From: Malacoraja senta
Taxonomy: Eukaryota
Assembly: GCA_038087875.1 (NCBI GenBank)
Contig: CM075988.1
Span: 25,608,001-25,672,000, forward strand
Direction of reading: 5' to 3'
DNA: 64,000 bases
Every line of letters begins with the position of its first letter. The first letter of the stretch is position 1. The notes under the pieces were generated by a model. It did not search any database and was not told the origin of the DNA. It worked only from the letters and a program-made list of their open reading frames with translations. The position numbers were made by a program, and so were the translations under genes. This document shows, one piece after another, positions 1-12,149 of the stretch.

Positions 1-397
1 TACAAGTCTTAATTTAAGAAATAAAAGTCAGACATTACGGAATCTCTAACCTGCTGTACCATTCAGTAAGATCATGGCTAATTTTTACCCTCGATTCCAA
101 TTTGCTTCATGATGTCCACAGCTCACACTTCCCACAAAGGTTTTGGGTAACACAACGAACAGAAAATCCGTGGCCAATCCACAGCAACTTGCTGGTATTG
201 ATCGGGTTCCATGCTGCACGAGGGGTCACGATGCTGAACACATTGTGTGGCTCCTGTTACCCCACATTGTGGACGGACAAGTCGAATGGATCGGTCAAGC
301 CCAGAAGGTTTGCTGACAGGAGGAGATGAAGAAAGCGAATGAAGGAACCATTGCTGGCTGCCGGCTTTTATGCGCTCTGACAACACTCTGGAGTTTG

Positions 398-490
398 AGT
401 CTGAAGAAGGGTCTCGACCCGAAATGTCACCCACTCCTTCTCTCCAGAGGTGCTGCCTGTCCCGCTGAGTTACTCCAGCATTTTGTGTCT
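398..490 (+). mobile_element. Penelope-like pLTR fragment (family B) with minimal hammerhead core
   Basis: agtCTGAAGAagggtctcgacccGAAAtGTCaccc...gctgagttactccagcattttgtgtcta; the same unit recurs throughout the window. Confidence 0.75.
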
Positions 491-714
491 ATTTCTGGAG
501 TCGAGGCCAGACTCCAGAGATCCACACACGGCGTTCAGACCTGTGCTTGAAATCCTGTATTGGTGAGCGGTGAAGTACTGAGGGACCAGTGTCCAGAGCA
601 TGCTACACTGGGTGACGCCAGCTGAGGGAGTATTGCACTGTGGAAGATCAAGGTCTAATGTACAGTCCAGGGAATGCGGCATGCATGTGGAGTTGGTATT
701 CAGAGAGTGTTAAA

Positions 715-946
715 GAAGGAACTGCAGATGCTGGAAAATCGAAGGTACACAAAAATGCTGGAGAAACTCAGCGGGTGCAGCAGCATCTATGGAGCGAAGG
801 AAATAGGTAACGTTTCGGGCCGAAACCCTTCTTCAGACTCAAACTCCAGAGTGTTGAAGAAGGGTTTCGGCCCGAAACGTTACCTATTTCCTTCGCTCCA
901 TAGATGCTGCTGCACCCGCTGAGTTTCTCCAGCATTTTTGTGTACC
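715..946. mobile_element. Palindromic Penelope-derived pLTR pair (family A) with 16-bp TSD
   Basis: Inverted arms about 744-838 and 854-946; TSD ttcagagagtgttaaa at 699-714 and 947-962. Confidence 0.85.
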
Positions 947-1015
947 TTCAGAGAGTGTTAAACTGTTGGAACAGCAATGCAGGGAGGAATCTGCATTCTT
1001 ACAGGAGCAGTGAGA

Positions 1016-1220
1016 AGTGTAGGAAGGAACTGCAGATGCTGGTCTACACTGAAGATAGACACAGAATGCTGGAGAAACTCAGCGCGGCAGGCAGCTTTGA
1101 GGAAGGGTCTTGACACCGAAAACGTCACCTCTCGTAACTCAGTGGGACAGGCAGCGGCATCTCTGGAGAGAAGGAATGGGTGACGTTTCGGGTCGAGACC
1201 CTTCTTCAGAACTGTGTCTA
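1016..1220. mobile_element. Rearranged Penelope-like pLTR fragments (family B)
   Basis: gtgtaggaaggaactgcagatgctgg... plus an intact minus-strand core gtgacgtttcgggtcgagacccttcttcag at about 1180-1209. Confidence 0.7.
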
Positions 1221-1522
1221 CTACTGTCAGCAGGACTGATGGAGTACAGCACAGAAGTTTGATGGGTGACATGCCGATTCCACGCAGACCTCTGCGGAAG
1301 GGGATGTGATGATGAGCTTTCATTGTGATTGCATCAACGTGCTGGGCCCACCAGGGATCATCAGTGAAGTGTACACAGAGGAACAACGCCGTTTAACTCT
1401 CTAGGACTGAGGCAACATGAGGAACTGAGGCCATGGTTACATCAGTCCTGGTCTTGAATAATGGAGCAGTCGAGGTGCAGAATGACTTGCCTCTGCCTCT
1501 GTTTTTAAATTTCTATCTTCAG

Positions 1523-1605
1523 CTTAGCTTAGAGTTACAGTGAGGAAACAGGCCCTTCGGCCCATCGAGTCGACACCGTCCAGCGATCCCCGCATATTAC
1601 CACTA

Positions 1606-1685
<80 letters not shown>

Positions 1686-1920
1686 GGGACAATTTACAAT
1701 TTTACTGAAGCCAATTAAGCTACAACCCTGCACGTCTTTGGAGTGAGGGAGGAAACCGGAGATCTCGGAGAAAACCCATGCGGGCCACGATGAGAACGTA
1801 CAAACTCTTTGTTTGTACGTGCTCATCGAGTTTGTACGTTCTCATTCCTCCCGCAGTCAGGATCGAACCTGGGTCTCCGGCGCTGTAAGGCAGCAACTCT
1901 ACCGCTGCACCACCGTGCTG
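1523..1920 (-). mobile_element. HE1-type tRNA-derived V-SINE with internal (CA)n expansion
   Basis: Reverse complement starts cagcacggtggtgcagcggtagagttgctgcc...ggttcgatcc (A/B boxes) and ends gggccgaagggcctgtttcc; (CA)n at about 1607-1684. Confidence 0.85.
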
Positions 1921-2350
1921 TGTTTATATGTAAAGCTGATGAATCCATCATACGAGCTTTTTGCTTTGATATTTTCGACACTCAAAGACAATAAAATAAT
2001 TTTATTAACTCACTTAAAAATATGTAATTGCTGCTTCGAGCACCGTATCCACATAATGAGACAGGCAGCTTCTTACACACTGATTCTTCATGTTACACAA
2101 ATGTAAGCTGAGAAGATTTCAGTCAATTATTATGTCCTACAACTCTGTTGATATGAAACTGTTATTCTCAGTGGAAAAGAAGGTTTCATTTTGAAAGTTT
2201 GGGCCTGTGATATTTGCCTAATGAGGGAGACCTGCTTCCTCTGTTTCACCCCATAACCGTTCTAGTGTTGACTCAAGCTATGTTGAATAAAACGAAAAAA
2301 ATTATAAAACCAACAGGCAAATGAATTCAGCTTCTTTGGAACCAGGGTGA

Positions 2351-2388
<38 letters not shown>

Positions 2389-2519
2389 CTGTGTGTGACA
2401 TTCACTGGGTTGGTGGTAGTTAATGCCGAAGGTTTCACATTCTGGCATTTTAAACTGTGGACTTTTTTTTCCTCTTCAGATGAACAAGTGCAGTGTTATT
2501 GAGCCCTTTCCAGAGGAAT

Positions 2520-2634
2520 AAAGGCAGCCTTGTTGTCAGTCAGGGGTGGGGGAGTAGGGTCACATTGCCTTCGGCAGCACTAGTTTGACAGACACCGCTC
2601 AGTCTGGGAGCTCTCACCCTTGCCAACTCCTCTC

Positions 2635-2674
<40 letters not shown>

Positions 2675-2885
2675 TGCACACTCTCTCTGCGCTCTCCCTC
2701 TCTCTCTTGTGCTGTCTGCCCGCATGTGTGCTGATTTGTGAGAAGGCTACAGGCAGCTTAGACGGACTAAAAAAGGACTGCTAGGAAGGAAGGTTATCCC
2801 TGGCACAGGTGTGGAGATGTATTCAGGAGAGTAACACCCTCACATTGCTGGACTAATTCATGAACGAGGCTCTGGGCACTGAAAG
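2520..2885 (+). other. Tentative promoter / alternative first exon (ATG 2860, MNEALGTE, donor AG|GTACAA after 2885)
   Basis: TE-free island with GGGGTGGGG box and (GA)n/(CT)n tracts; in-frame TAA two codons before ATG; plausible but not strong donor; no homology recognised. Confidence 0.3.
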
Positions 2886-3098
2886 GTACAATTTATTTTT
2901 CCACAGTCCCAATGATTAGTGTGCTTTGCGGAATGCATGGGCGAGCTGCATCTCTTCATCAGCCATTGTTAATTGTGATTGCGTTGAATTGAATTATAAC
3001 GTTATAGCATTATTTCAAATTGTGCTGGAGGCCGTTTGGATGGATCAGAAGCTGTTTGTTGATGCTGGGAGTTAGATTTACTGAACTTATTGATTCGT

Positions 3099-3310
3099 GT
3101 TAGACACAACTCAGTGGGACAGGCAGCATCTCTGGAGAGAAGGTCTAGGTGAGGTTTCGGGTCGAGACCCTTCTTCAGTCTGAAGAAGTCTTGAATCTGA
3201 AGAAGCGTCTTGACCTGAAACGTCACCTATTCCTTTCCTTGACCCGCTGAGTCACGTCAGGTTTTTGTGTCCATCCGGTTTAAAAACCCGGCATCAGTAG
3301 TTCCTACACA
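3099..3310. mobile_element. Degenerate palindromic Penelope-like pLTR pair (family B)
   Basis: aactcagtgggacaggcagcatctctggag...cttcagtctgaagaag...cctgaaacgtcacc. Confidence 0.7.
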
Positions 3311-3454
3311 TTATTGACTCAAACGTCAGTTTGCTTCCTTTTTTCAATTCCTTTTCTATTTTTAAAGTTCCACTATTTTTATTATGTCTGGTGAATTATT
3401 CTGTGGTCTACCATGTCCATCCAGATTCAAGAATAGCTTTGTTCCGACAGCATC

Positions 3455-4515
3455 ACCAGGTTAGTTCCCGGATGGCGCGACTGACATATGATGAAAGAAT
3501 GGGTCGACTGGGCTAGTATTCACTGGAATTTAGGATGAGAGAGGATCTTCAAAGGGTTTAAAGGGTATTTTATTGTCAGGTGCACTAACTAAGGTACAGT
3601 GAAACTCGATTTACCATACAGCCGTACTAAAAAAAGCAGCAAACACACACAACTACATAAAAGTTAACATAAACATCCACCACAGCGGATTCCCTACCTT
3701 CCCCACTGTGATGGAAGTCTAATCTTCGTCCTCTTTATTCTCCCGCGGTCGAGGCAGTTGAACCACCTGCAGTCGGGGCGGTCGAAGCTCCCGCAGCTTG
3801 GAGCTCCCGAAGCCTGTCCCTAACTAAGGGACCGTGGGCTCCACAATGTTAAGTCCGCAGGCTCCCGCGAATGGAGCTCCAAGGTCGATCCCCGACAGGA
3901 CCCAGCCAACTCCACGATGTTAGGCCGAAGCACGGGCGGAGATACGATACGGAAAAAAATCGCATCTCCGTCAAGGTAAGAGATTTTAAAATGTTTCACC
4001 CAACTCCCCCCCCCACATAAAACAAGGGTAAAGATACACTAAAACACACATTTAACACATACTAAAAAATCACAAAGAAGACAAGGATGAGACAGACTGT
4101 TGGCGAGGCAGCTCTGCGGCGCCACCCGGTGGTTCGAAACATATAAAATTCTTAAGGGATTGGACAGGCTAGAGGCAGGAAACATGTTCCCCCATGTTGG
4201 GGGAGTCCAGAACCAGGGGTCACACAGTTTAAGAAGGGGTAGGCCATTTAGGACTGAGATGAGGAAAAACGTTTCCACCCAGAGAGTTGTGAATCTGTGG
4301 AATTCTCTGCCACAGAAGGCAGTGGAGCCGATTCACTGGATGTTTTCAAGAGAGAGTTAGATTTAGCTTTTTAAGGCTGACAGAATCATGGGATATGGGG
4401 AGAAAGCAGGAACGGGGTACTGATTTTGGATGATCAGCCATGATCATAATGAATGGCGGTGTTGGCTTGAAGGGCTGAATGGCCTACTCCTGCACCTATT
4501 GTCGATGTTTCTGTG
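3455..4515 (+). mobile_element. CR1/HER1-type LINE 3' fragment interrupted at 3551-4132
   Basis: Peptides MARLTYDERMGRLG and ETYKILKGLDRLEAGNMFP...QRVVNLWNSLPQKAVE; 3' stem-loop ggctgaatggcctactcctg. Confidence 0.9.
3551..4132 (-). mobile_element. CpG-rich non-coding retroposon with Rex1-type tail, nested in CR1
   Basis: Splits the CR1 sequence ggatctt|cgaaac; minus strand has a T-rich leader, GC-rich body, ccatcacagtg hairpin and tgacaataaa tail. Confidence 0.7.
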
Positions 4516-5231
4516 CTTCTGGAACAGCACACAACACTAACCAATGAACTGAGGGCTGCCTGTGGTTGCATTGAGGACTTGGGGCTTTTTTTTTGCTCTT
4601 GTAATTGGAGTTGTTCATTTATTGAACTTTGTATATCACAAATGTATTGAATTTTTGTTGATCTATATGTATGTATGTAAGAATGTCATTGTTCCATTGT
4701 CAGTAAATATGGCAACGATGACATTCTTGGAGACTGCAGGTTGGAACGGTAGTCTGGGGATGATCAGTCATGATCACATTGAATGACGGTGCTGGCTCGA
4801 AGGGCCGAATGACGTACTCCTGCACCTATTGTCCATTATCTATTGTCTATAGTCTGTAAATACCCATGTTGGTCTGCGTGTGATGTGTGGGTGGTGGGCG
4901 TGTGAATGTGTTTAGTGTAGTGGTGAAATTGTGGATTGAGGTGTGGGTGTGTGAATGCTTGTGGTGGTGTGTGTGAGCGTAAGGAAAGTGGGTGTGAAAG
5001 TTGGTAGGCTGATGGGCGATAGACACTGTGTTGGAAGGACTGTGGATAGGTATGTGTGTGCATGTCTTGGGTTTAGTTTTGTTTGGAGTTACACGGCGGA
5101 AACAGGACCTTTGGCCCAGCGATCCCGCACCAACCAGCGATCCCCGCACATTAACACAAGCCTGCACGCACTAGGGACAATTTACACTTATACCAAGTAT
5201 ACAAACCCAAGCCAATTAACCCTACAAACCT

Positions 5232-6604
5232 GAACATGGCTCTTTGTGGACTACAGCTCTGCTTTTAACACCATCCTTCCCCACAAACTGGTGGACAAAC
5301 TGGGGGACCTGGGATTTCCACACTCCACCTGCATGTGGATAAAGAGCTTCCTGTCGGGTCGCAGTCAGAGAGTCAGAGTGGGCCATCACACATCCACGGC
5401 CCTCAGCCTCAGTACCGGCTCTCCACAGGGCTGCGTGCTGAGCCCCCTGCTTTACACCATCTACACATATGACTGCACCCCCGCCCACCACAGTAACACC
5501 ATTGTCAAATTCGCGGATGACACCACGGTGGTGGGGCTCATCTCTGGGGGGGATGAGTACGCCTACAGGGATGAGGTGGAGCAGCTGACAGGGTGGTGTG
5601 GAGAGAATAACCTGCTCCTCAACACCTCAAAGACCAAGGAGCTCATAATAGATTACAGGAAGAAGAAAACGGACATTACACCACTAATCATCAGAGGGGA
5701 CTGTGGAGAGGGTGGCGGATTTCCGCTTCCTGGGAATCCACATTGAGGAGGACCTGACATGGAGCGTGAACACCTCTGCGCTGCTGAAAAAGGTCCAGCA
5801 GAGACTGTACTTCCTGAGGGTGCTCAGGAAGAACAACATAGATAGATATAGATAGATAGATATGCCTTTATTGTCGTTCAGACCGAAGTCTGGACGAAAT
5901 TGCAGCAGTCATACATATAATGCAATAAAACAACAATAAACACATATTAACATCCACCACAGTGAGTCCACCCAGCATCTCCTCACTGTGATGGAGGCAA
6001 AAGTCTTAGGTCTGCAGTCTCTTCCAGACATCACCCAGAGACTGCTGCTGTCCTTTTATCGGTGCACCATAGAGAGCATCTTAACGTACTGTGTATGCGT
6101 GTGGTACACCAGCTGCACAGCGGCTAAGAGGAAAGCGCTCCAGAGGGCTATTGACAATGCCCAGAAGATTATCGGCTGCCCTCTCCTCCCTTGGAGGACC
6201 TACACAGTTCCCACTGTCTCAAGAAATCCCAGAACATTATAAAGGACATTTTCCACCCCGGACACTCCCCGTTTGTACTGTTGCCGTCAGGCAGACTGTA
6301 CAGATCAATGAGGACAAGGACAAACAGACTCAAAAACAGTTTTTATCCCACAGCAATAACTACACTTAATATATCCACCAAATGAGCACAGGTGTGCTAC
6401 ACACCAAAGGGACTGTGAGATCGACAGAAGAATGTTTTGTTGTGTGTTTATGCTTGTTTTTTTCATGTTATTTATTTTCGTTGTTTATTTTAGACTTTTG
6501 CTTTTAGATAATGTGTGACTGGTCACTGACTGGTTGGCATTTCTAATTCCGTTGTACATGTTTACATGTTATAATGACAATAAAGTATTCATTCATTCAT
6601 TCAT
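5232..6604 (+). mobile_element. Rex1/Babar-clade LINE, 5'-truncated, reverse transcriptase pseudogene
   Basis: DYSSAFNTI...GSPQGCVLSPLLY...VKFADDT...NTSKTKELIIDYR; frameshifts near 5703 and 6190; tail aatgacaataaagt(attc)n. Confidence 0.92.
5840..6025 (-). mobile_element. 3' end of the hairpin retroposon family nested in Rex1
   Basis: ccaccacagtgag...ctcactgtgatgg hairpin; minus-strand tail gacaataaaggc(atct)n. Confidence 0.7.
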
Positions 6605-6899
6605 CTTTGTAGTGTGGGAGGAAACTGTAGATCACAGAAAAAAAAACCACGCAGGTCACAGGGAGAACGTACAAACTCCGTACAGACAGCACCCGTAGTC
6701 AGGATCGAACCCCGGGTCACCGGCGCTGCAAGAGCTGTAAGGCAGCAACTCTACCGCTGTGCCACCGTACCGCCCTGTGTGTGTGTGAAGGTTTGGGACT
6801 AGACCATGAATGAACACTGCCACTAGTTAGTGCTGACTGGCCAGGCAAAGTGGTTGAATTGTCATGAGTCCATAACTCCCTGTCACAAGTAGGACCAAG

Positions 6900-7320
6900 T
6901 AGTGAAGGAGGCATCTGAAATACTTGTTGTCATTGGTCGAGGCACTGAGTATAGAAGTCAGGAATTCACGATGCAGCTTAGCAGGACTTTGGTTAGGCTA
7001 AATTTGGAATCTTGCGTGCAGTTCTGGTCGCCCCCATTACAGGAAGGATGTAGGGGCTTTGGGAAAGGTACACAGGAGGTTTATCAGAATGATGTCAGGA
7101 TCATGGGGGTATTAGTTACCGGGAAAGGTTGGACAGACTTGAATAGATTTCTCTGGAATGCTGGAGCTTGCTGGGAGACCTGAATGACGAGAGGCATAAA
7201 TAGGGTACACAGTCACAACCTTTATCCCAGAATGAAAAAAAATCAGATACGAGAGGGTGAGGGGCATAAATTTTAAAGGAGATTTTTTGGGGGCATTATT
7301 TTTACAGAGGGTCCCTTCAC
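6900..7320 (+). mobile_element. Old, degenerate CR1 LINE fragment
   Basis: EYRSQEFTMQLSRTLVRLNLESCVQFWSP. Confidence 0.75.
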
Positions 7321-7599
7321 TGAATTGGTCATCAAGAAAGTACATCAGCATATTTGCCATCCTAAGTGTCTGAGAAGATTCAGCAAGTCGGTGAGGATCC
7401 ACTCAAACTTTAATAGTTGCACATTCACAGTTGTCGGTGCCCTGGATGTGGTGACTGTTTGCATACTTTTGTTATGCAAAACAAAGAATTTTACCGTGAC
7501 TTGTCACATGATGTGACAATAAATCATTCATAATGAATTCATTCATTAGGGAACAAGTTCTGAAGGTGTGCCTCTCGGCCTGGTGTGGCAACTGTTCCA

Positions 7600-8222
7600 G
7601 AAACATAGAAGAAACATAGAAAACAGGTGCAGGAGGAGGCCATTCGGCCCTTCGAGCCAGCACCGCCATTCATTGTGATCATGGCTGATCGTCCCCAATC
7701 AATAACCCGTGCCTGCCTTCTCCCCATATCCCTTGATTCCACTAGCCCCTAGAGCTCTATCTAACTCTCTCTTAAATCCATCCAGTGACTTGGCCTCCAC
7801 TGCCCTCTGTGGCAGGAAATTCCACAAATTCACAACTCTCTGGGTGAAAATGTTTTTTCTCACCTCAGTCTTAAATGACCTCCCCTTTATTCTAAGACTG
7901 TGGCCCCTGGTTCTGGACTCGCCCAACGTTTGGAACATTTTTCCTGCATCTAGCTTGTCCAGTCCTTTTATAATTTTATATGTTTCTATAAGATTTCCCC
8001 TCATCCTTCTAAATTCCAGTGAATACAAGCCCAGTCTTTCCTCATATGACAGTCCCGCCATCCCAGGGATCAATCTCGTGAACCTACGCTGCACTGCCTA
8101 AAAATCAAGGATGTCCTTCCTCAAATTCGGAGATCAAATCTGGACACAGTACTCCAGATGTGGTCTTACCAGAGCCCTATACAACTGCAGAAGGACCTCT
8201 TTACTCCTGTACTGAAATCCTG
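7600..8222 (-). mobile_element. CR1 LINE 3' end
   Basis: ORF 7699-8094 QRRFTRLIPGMAGLSYEE...WNFLPQRAVEAKSLDGFKRELD; LYRALVRPHLEYCVQ upstream; (tgtttcta)n tail. Confidence 0.92.
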
Positions 8223-8471
8223 TTCTGCTCCAGACCACCTGAACCGACAGAGAGCCCAGTCCATCACGGGGTGTCGCTTCCTCCATCACATCCATCTTCA
8301 GGGTGTGTGGTATCAGGAAGGCTGGAGGTACCATCAAGGCTGCCTGTCACCCTGGCCAGTCCCCTTTCTCTCTCCCACCTTCTGGGAGAAGCTTGAAAGC
8401 TCAGACATCCAGATTTAAGAACAGTTTTTTCCCCCACTGCTATGTGCTCCAGAACCAAGCCCCTCTTTCAC

Positions 8472-8562
8472 AGTCTGAAGAAGGGTCTCAACCCGAAACG
8501 TCACCCATTCCTTCTCTCCAGAGATGCTGCCTGACCCGCCGAGTTACTCCAGCTTTTTGTGC
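8472..8562 (+). mobile_element. Penelope-like pLTR fragment (family B) with hammerhead core
   Basis: agtCTGAAGAagggtctcaacccGAAACGTCaccc. Confidence 0.75.
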
Positions 8563-8905
8563 CCACCCTCGTTCACATTCCTCTTCCCAGATGTGCTGCC
8601 ATTTACACCCACTCTTCACTCTACCCAACAGCTTATTGTCACGTGTAGCGAGGTACAGTGAAAAGCTTTTGTTGCATGCTAACCGGTCAACAGAAAGACT
8701 ACATATGATTACCATCGAGCCATCCACAGTGTACACATGCATCAACTGGGAAGCAACTATCACGATTCCAGTCTTCACCTTCAGTGGAGTGACTTGTAAA
8801 GACTCAATGTGGCCATATTTACCAGTAATATTGAGTAATACCAAAAAGGAGCAGAATTAGTCATCATAAGAGCCATCAGTTATTCGGCAGGGTTCTGAGT
8901 GGGTC

Positions 8906-9500
8906 ATAGAAACATAGAAACATAGAAACATAGAAACATAGAAACATAGAAACATAGAAACATAGAAACATAGAAACATAGGTGTAGGAGGAGGCCATTT
9001 GGCCCTTTGAGCCTGCATTGCCACTCATTGATATCATGGCTGATCATCCACAATCAGTAACCCGTGCCTGCCCTCCCCATATCCCCTGATTTCACTAGCC
9101 CCTAGAGCTCTATCTAACTCTCTTTTAAATTCATCCAGTGAATTGGCCTCCACTGCCCTCTGTGGCAGAGAATTCCACAAATTCACAACTCTCTGGGTGA
9201 AAAAGTGTTTTCTCATCTCAATTTTAAATGCCCCCCCCCCCCCTTTATTTAGACTGTGGCCCCTGGTTCTGGACCCCATCATTTTTCCTGCATCTAGCTT
9301 GTCCAGTCCTTTTATAATTTTATACGTTTCTATAAGATTCCCTCTCATGCTTCTAAATTACAGTGAATACAAGCCTAGTCTTTCCAATCTTTCCTCATTT
9401 GACAGTCCCGCCATCTCGGGGATTAACCTCGTGAACCTACGCTGCACTGCCTCAATAGCAAGGATGTCCTTCCTCAAATGAAGAGACCAAAACTGCACAT
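8906..9500 (-). mobile_element. CR1 LINE 3' end with expanded (tgtttcta)n tail
   Basis: ORF 9034-9348; about 9 copies of tagaaaca at 8906-8980; runs into the gap. Confidence 0.9.
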
Positions 9501-9503
9501 AAT

Positions 9504-9703
9504 NNNNNNNNNNNNNNNNNNNNNNNNNNNNNNNNNNNNNNNNNNNNNNNNNNNNNNNNNNNNNNNNNNNNNNNNNNNNNNNNNNNNNNNNNNNNNNNNN
9601 NNNNNNNNNNNNNNNNNNNNNNNNNNNNNNNNNNNNNNNNNNNNNNNNNNNNNNNNNNNNNNNNNNNNNNNNNNNNNNNNNNNNNNNNNNNNNNNNNNNN
9701 NNN
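9504..9703. other. Assembly gap (200 N)
   Basis: Run of N. Confidence 0.99.
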
Positions 9704-9977
9704 TGGATTTTAGCTAATTAGTTGGACAAGCAACAAAGGAGGCAACAATATAACAGGAGCGTACCATATCAAAGCAGTTTAGAGATAGCAGGCAGAGAAA
9801 CGCAGGTCCCATTAATTGTTTCAGGATTTGGAGATGTTGATTTTATGTTTTAGGCAAGAGATGCAGAGGTTCCGTGAGGATCATTTTTTTATGCAGCTGA
9901 TGCTGTCAGGAAATTCACTGCTCATGAGAGAGATCGGAGTGGAATGGTCATTGTCTTCTGAAGGATATTGGACAGGC

Positions 9978-10682
9978 ACATAGAAACATAGAAACATAGA
10001 AAATAGGTGCAGGAGTAGGCCATTCGGCCCTTCGAGCCTGCACCGCCATTCGATATGATCATGGCTGATCATCCAACTCCGTATCCCATCCCTGCCTTCT
10101 CTCCATACCTCCTGATCCCTTTAGCCACAAGGGCCACATCTAACTCCCTCTTAAATATAGTCAATGAACTGGCCTCAACTACCTTCTGTGGCTGAGAATT
10201 CCACAGATTCACCACTCTCTGTGTAAAAAATGATTTTCTCATCTTGGTCCTAAAAGACTTCCCTCTTATCCTTAAACTGTGACCCCTAGTTCTGGACTTC
10301 CCCAACATCGGGAACAATCTTCCTGCATCTAGCCTGTCCAACCCCTTAAGAATTTTGTAAGTTTCTATAAGATCCCCCCTCAATCTTCTAAATTCTAGCG
10401 TGTACAAGCCGAGTCTATCCAGTCTTTCTTCATATGAAAGTCCTGCCATCCCAGGAATCAGTCTGGTGAACCTTCTCTGTAATCCCTCTATGGCAAGAAT
10501 GTCTTTCCTCAGATTAGGAGACCAAAACTGTACGCAATACTCCAGGTGTGGTCTCACCAAGACCCTGTACAACTGCAGTAGAACCTCCCTGCTCTTATAC
10601 TCAAATCCTTTTGCTATGAATGCTAACATACCATTTGCTTTCTTCACTGCCTTCACTGCCTGCTGCACCTGCCCCTGCACAT
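9978..10682 (-). mobile_element. Young CR1 LINE 3' end (ORF2 C-terminus, open for about 200 codons)
   Basis: ORF 10069-10680 KKANGMLAFI...LYRVLVRPHLEYCVQFWSP...WNSQPQKVVEA. Confidence 0.93.
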
Positions 10683-11107
10683 GAGGGCTTGGAGCACAGA
10701 GTGATAGTGATTGAAATCTGAAGAAGGGTCTCGAGCCGAAACATCACCCACTCCTCTCCAGAGATTCTGCCTGTCCCGCTGAGTTACTCCAGCATTTTGC
10801 GTCTGTCTTCGGTTTAAAACGGCATCTGCGGTTCCTTTCGACATAATTCACATCAAAGTGAGCATCAACCGGGCTCGATGGCAACACCTGTATCACTGAC
10901 CCGGAAGGCTGAGTTAAAGAACGAGCAGACTGGGCAGTCACTTCCCACATCATCGTGGAGCAACAAATTCAAATGAATTATTTGGCATGAGATGACAAAG
11001 AAAAGCTGAATCTGGTTGGAATTAAAAGATCCAATGACACCACAAGGTCTACTCTACCTGATGTCCAGGACAGCCAACGTTGGTTGGTGCTGCAGGTTCA
11101 CTTTTCT

Positions 11108-11405
11108 TCAGTTTAAGAATAAGGGGTAGGGCCATTTAGGACTGAGATGAGGAAATACTTTTTCACGCAGAGAGTTGCGAATCTGCGGAATTTTCTGCCA
11201 CAGAAGGCAGTGGAGGCCAATTCACTGAATGTATTCAAGAGAGAGTTAAATAGAGCTCGTCGGGCTAACGGAATCAAGGGATATGGGGAGAAAGCAGGAA
11301 CGGGGTACTGATTTTGGATGATCAGGCGTGATCACATTGAATGGCGGTGCTGGCTCGAAGGGCCGAATGGCCTACTCCTGCACCTATTGTCTATGTTTCC
11401 ATGTT
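11108..11405 (+). mobile_element. CR1 LINE 3' end
   Basis: agtttaagaataagggg...ggccgaatggcctactcctgcacctattgtcta. Confidence 0.85.
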
Positions 11406-11496
11406 TTCATTCATTCATTGCCGTTTATAGGAACTTGCTGTGCTCAACTGCAGCCACGTTTCTATGCAGTGAGGCAAACACAAAAGCAATTTGAGG

Positions 11497-11805
11497 CCGG
11501 CACGGTGGCACAGGAGGTAGAGCTGCTTCCTCACAGTGCAAGAGACCAGGGTTCGATCCTGACCTCGGGTGCTGTCTATGTAGAGTTTGCACGTTCTCCC
11601 TGTAACAGCACAGTTTTCCTCCGGGTGCTCCGGTTTTCTCCCACATCACAAAGACGAATTGTCTCTCTGTAAATTGACCCTAGTATCTAGGAGGTTGATG
11701 CGGACGCGGGATAACATAGAACTGGTGTGAATGGGTGATCGATGGTCTGCATGGACACACTGGGCCGAAGGGCCTGTTTGCATGCTGTATCTCTAAACTA
11801 AAAAC
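11497..11805 (+). mobile_element. HE1-type SINE
   Basis: ggcacggtggcacaggaggtagagctgct...ggttcgatcc...gggccgaagggcctgtt. Confidence 0.8.
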
Positions 11806-12149
11806 CCAAAAGTGGTGGAATAGTGCCCATGGATCATGAAGTATCTGCAACTGATCACATTCTGATGTGACTGAACAGACTGAATGTAGGAAAGATGTCC
11901 TCAGTGGTGGGAAGAACATGAAACTAGTGTGAATGGGTGATCGGTGGTCGGCATGGACCCGTGGGCCAAAAGCCCTGTTTCCATGCCATAGTTTAGAGAT
12001 TTAGTTTAGAATTTTTAAACAATTCATTGGATGTGAAGTACCTGGAAGTACCTTAGGTTGTGGAAAATGTTGCATAAAATCCAAGAGATTTTTCTTCCCC
12101 ATCGATGCTCTTTGCTGTCTGTGCCCAGATGGAGTGACACCATCACCAA

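Larger units (their letters stand above)
5070..6776 (-). mobile_element. HE1-type SINE split by the Rex1 insertion (5070-5231 and 6605-6776)
   Basis: The two halves join into one SINE (acctacaaacctg | tctttgtagtgtggg). Confidence 0.8.

Noticed and set aside
10631..10660. In-frame 9-bp duplication in the CR1 ORF (AVKAVK)
   Set aside because: Simple slippage in a 5'-truncated copy; no evidence of function.
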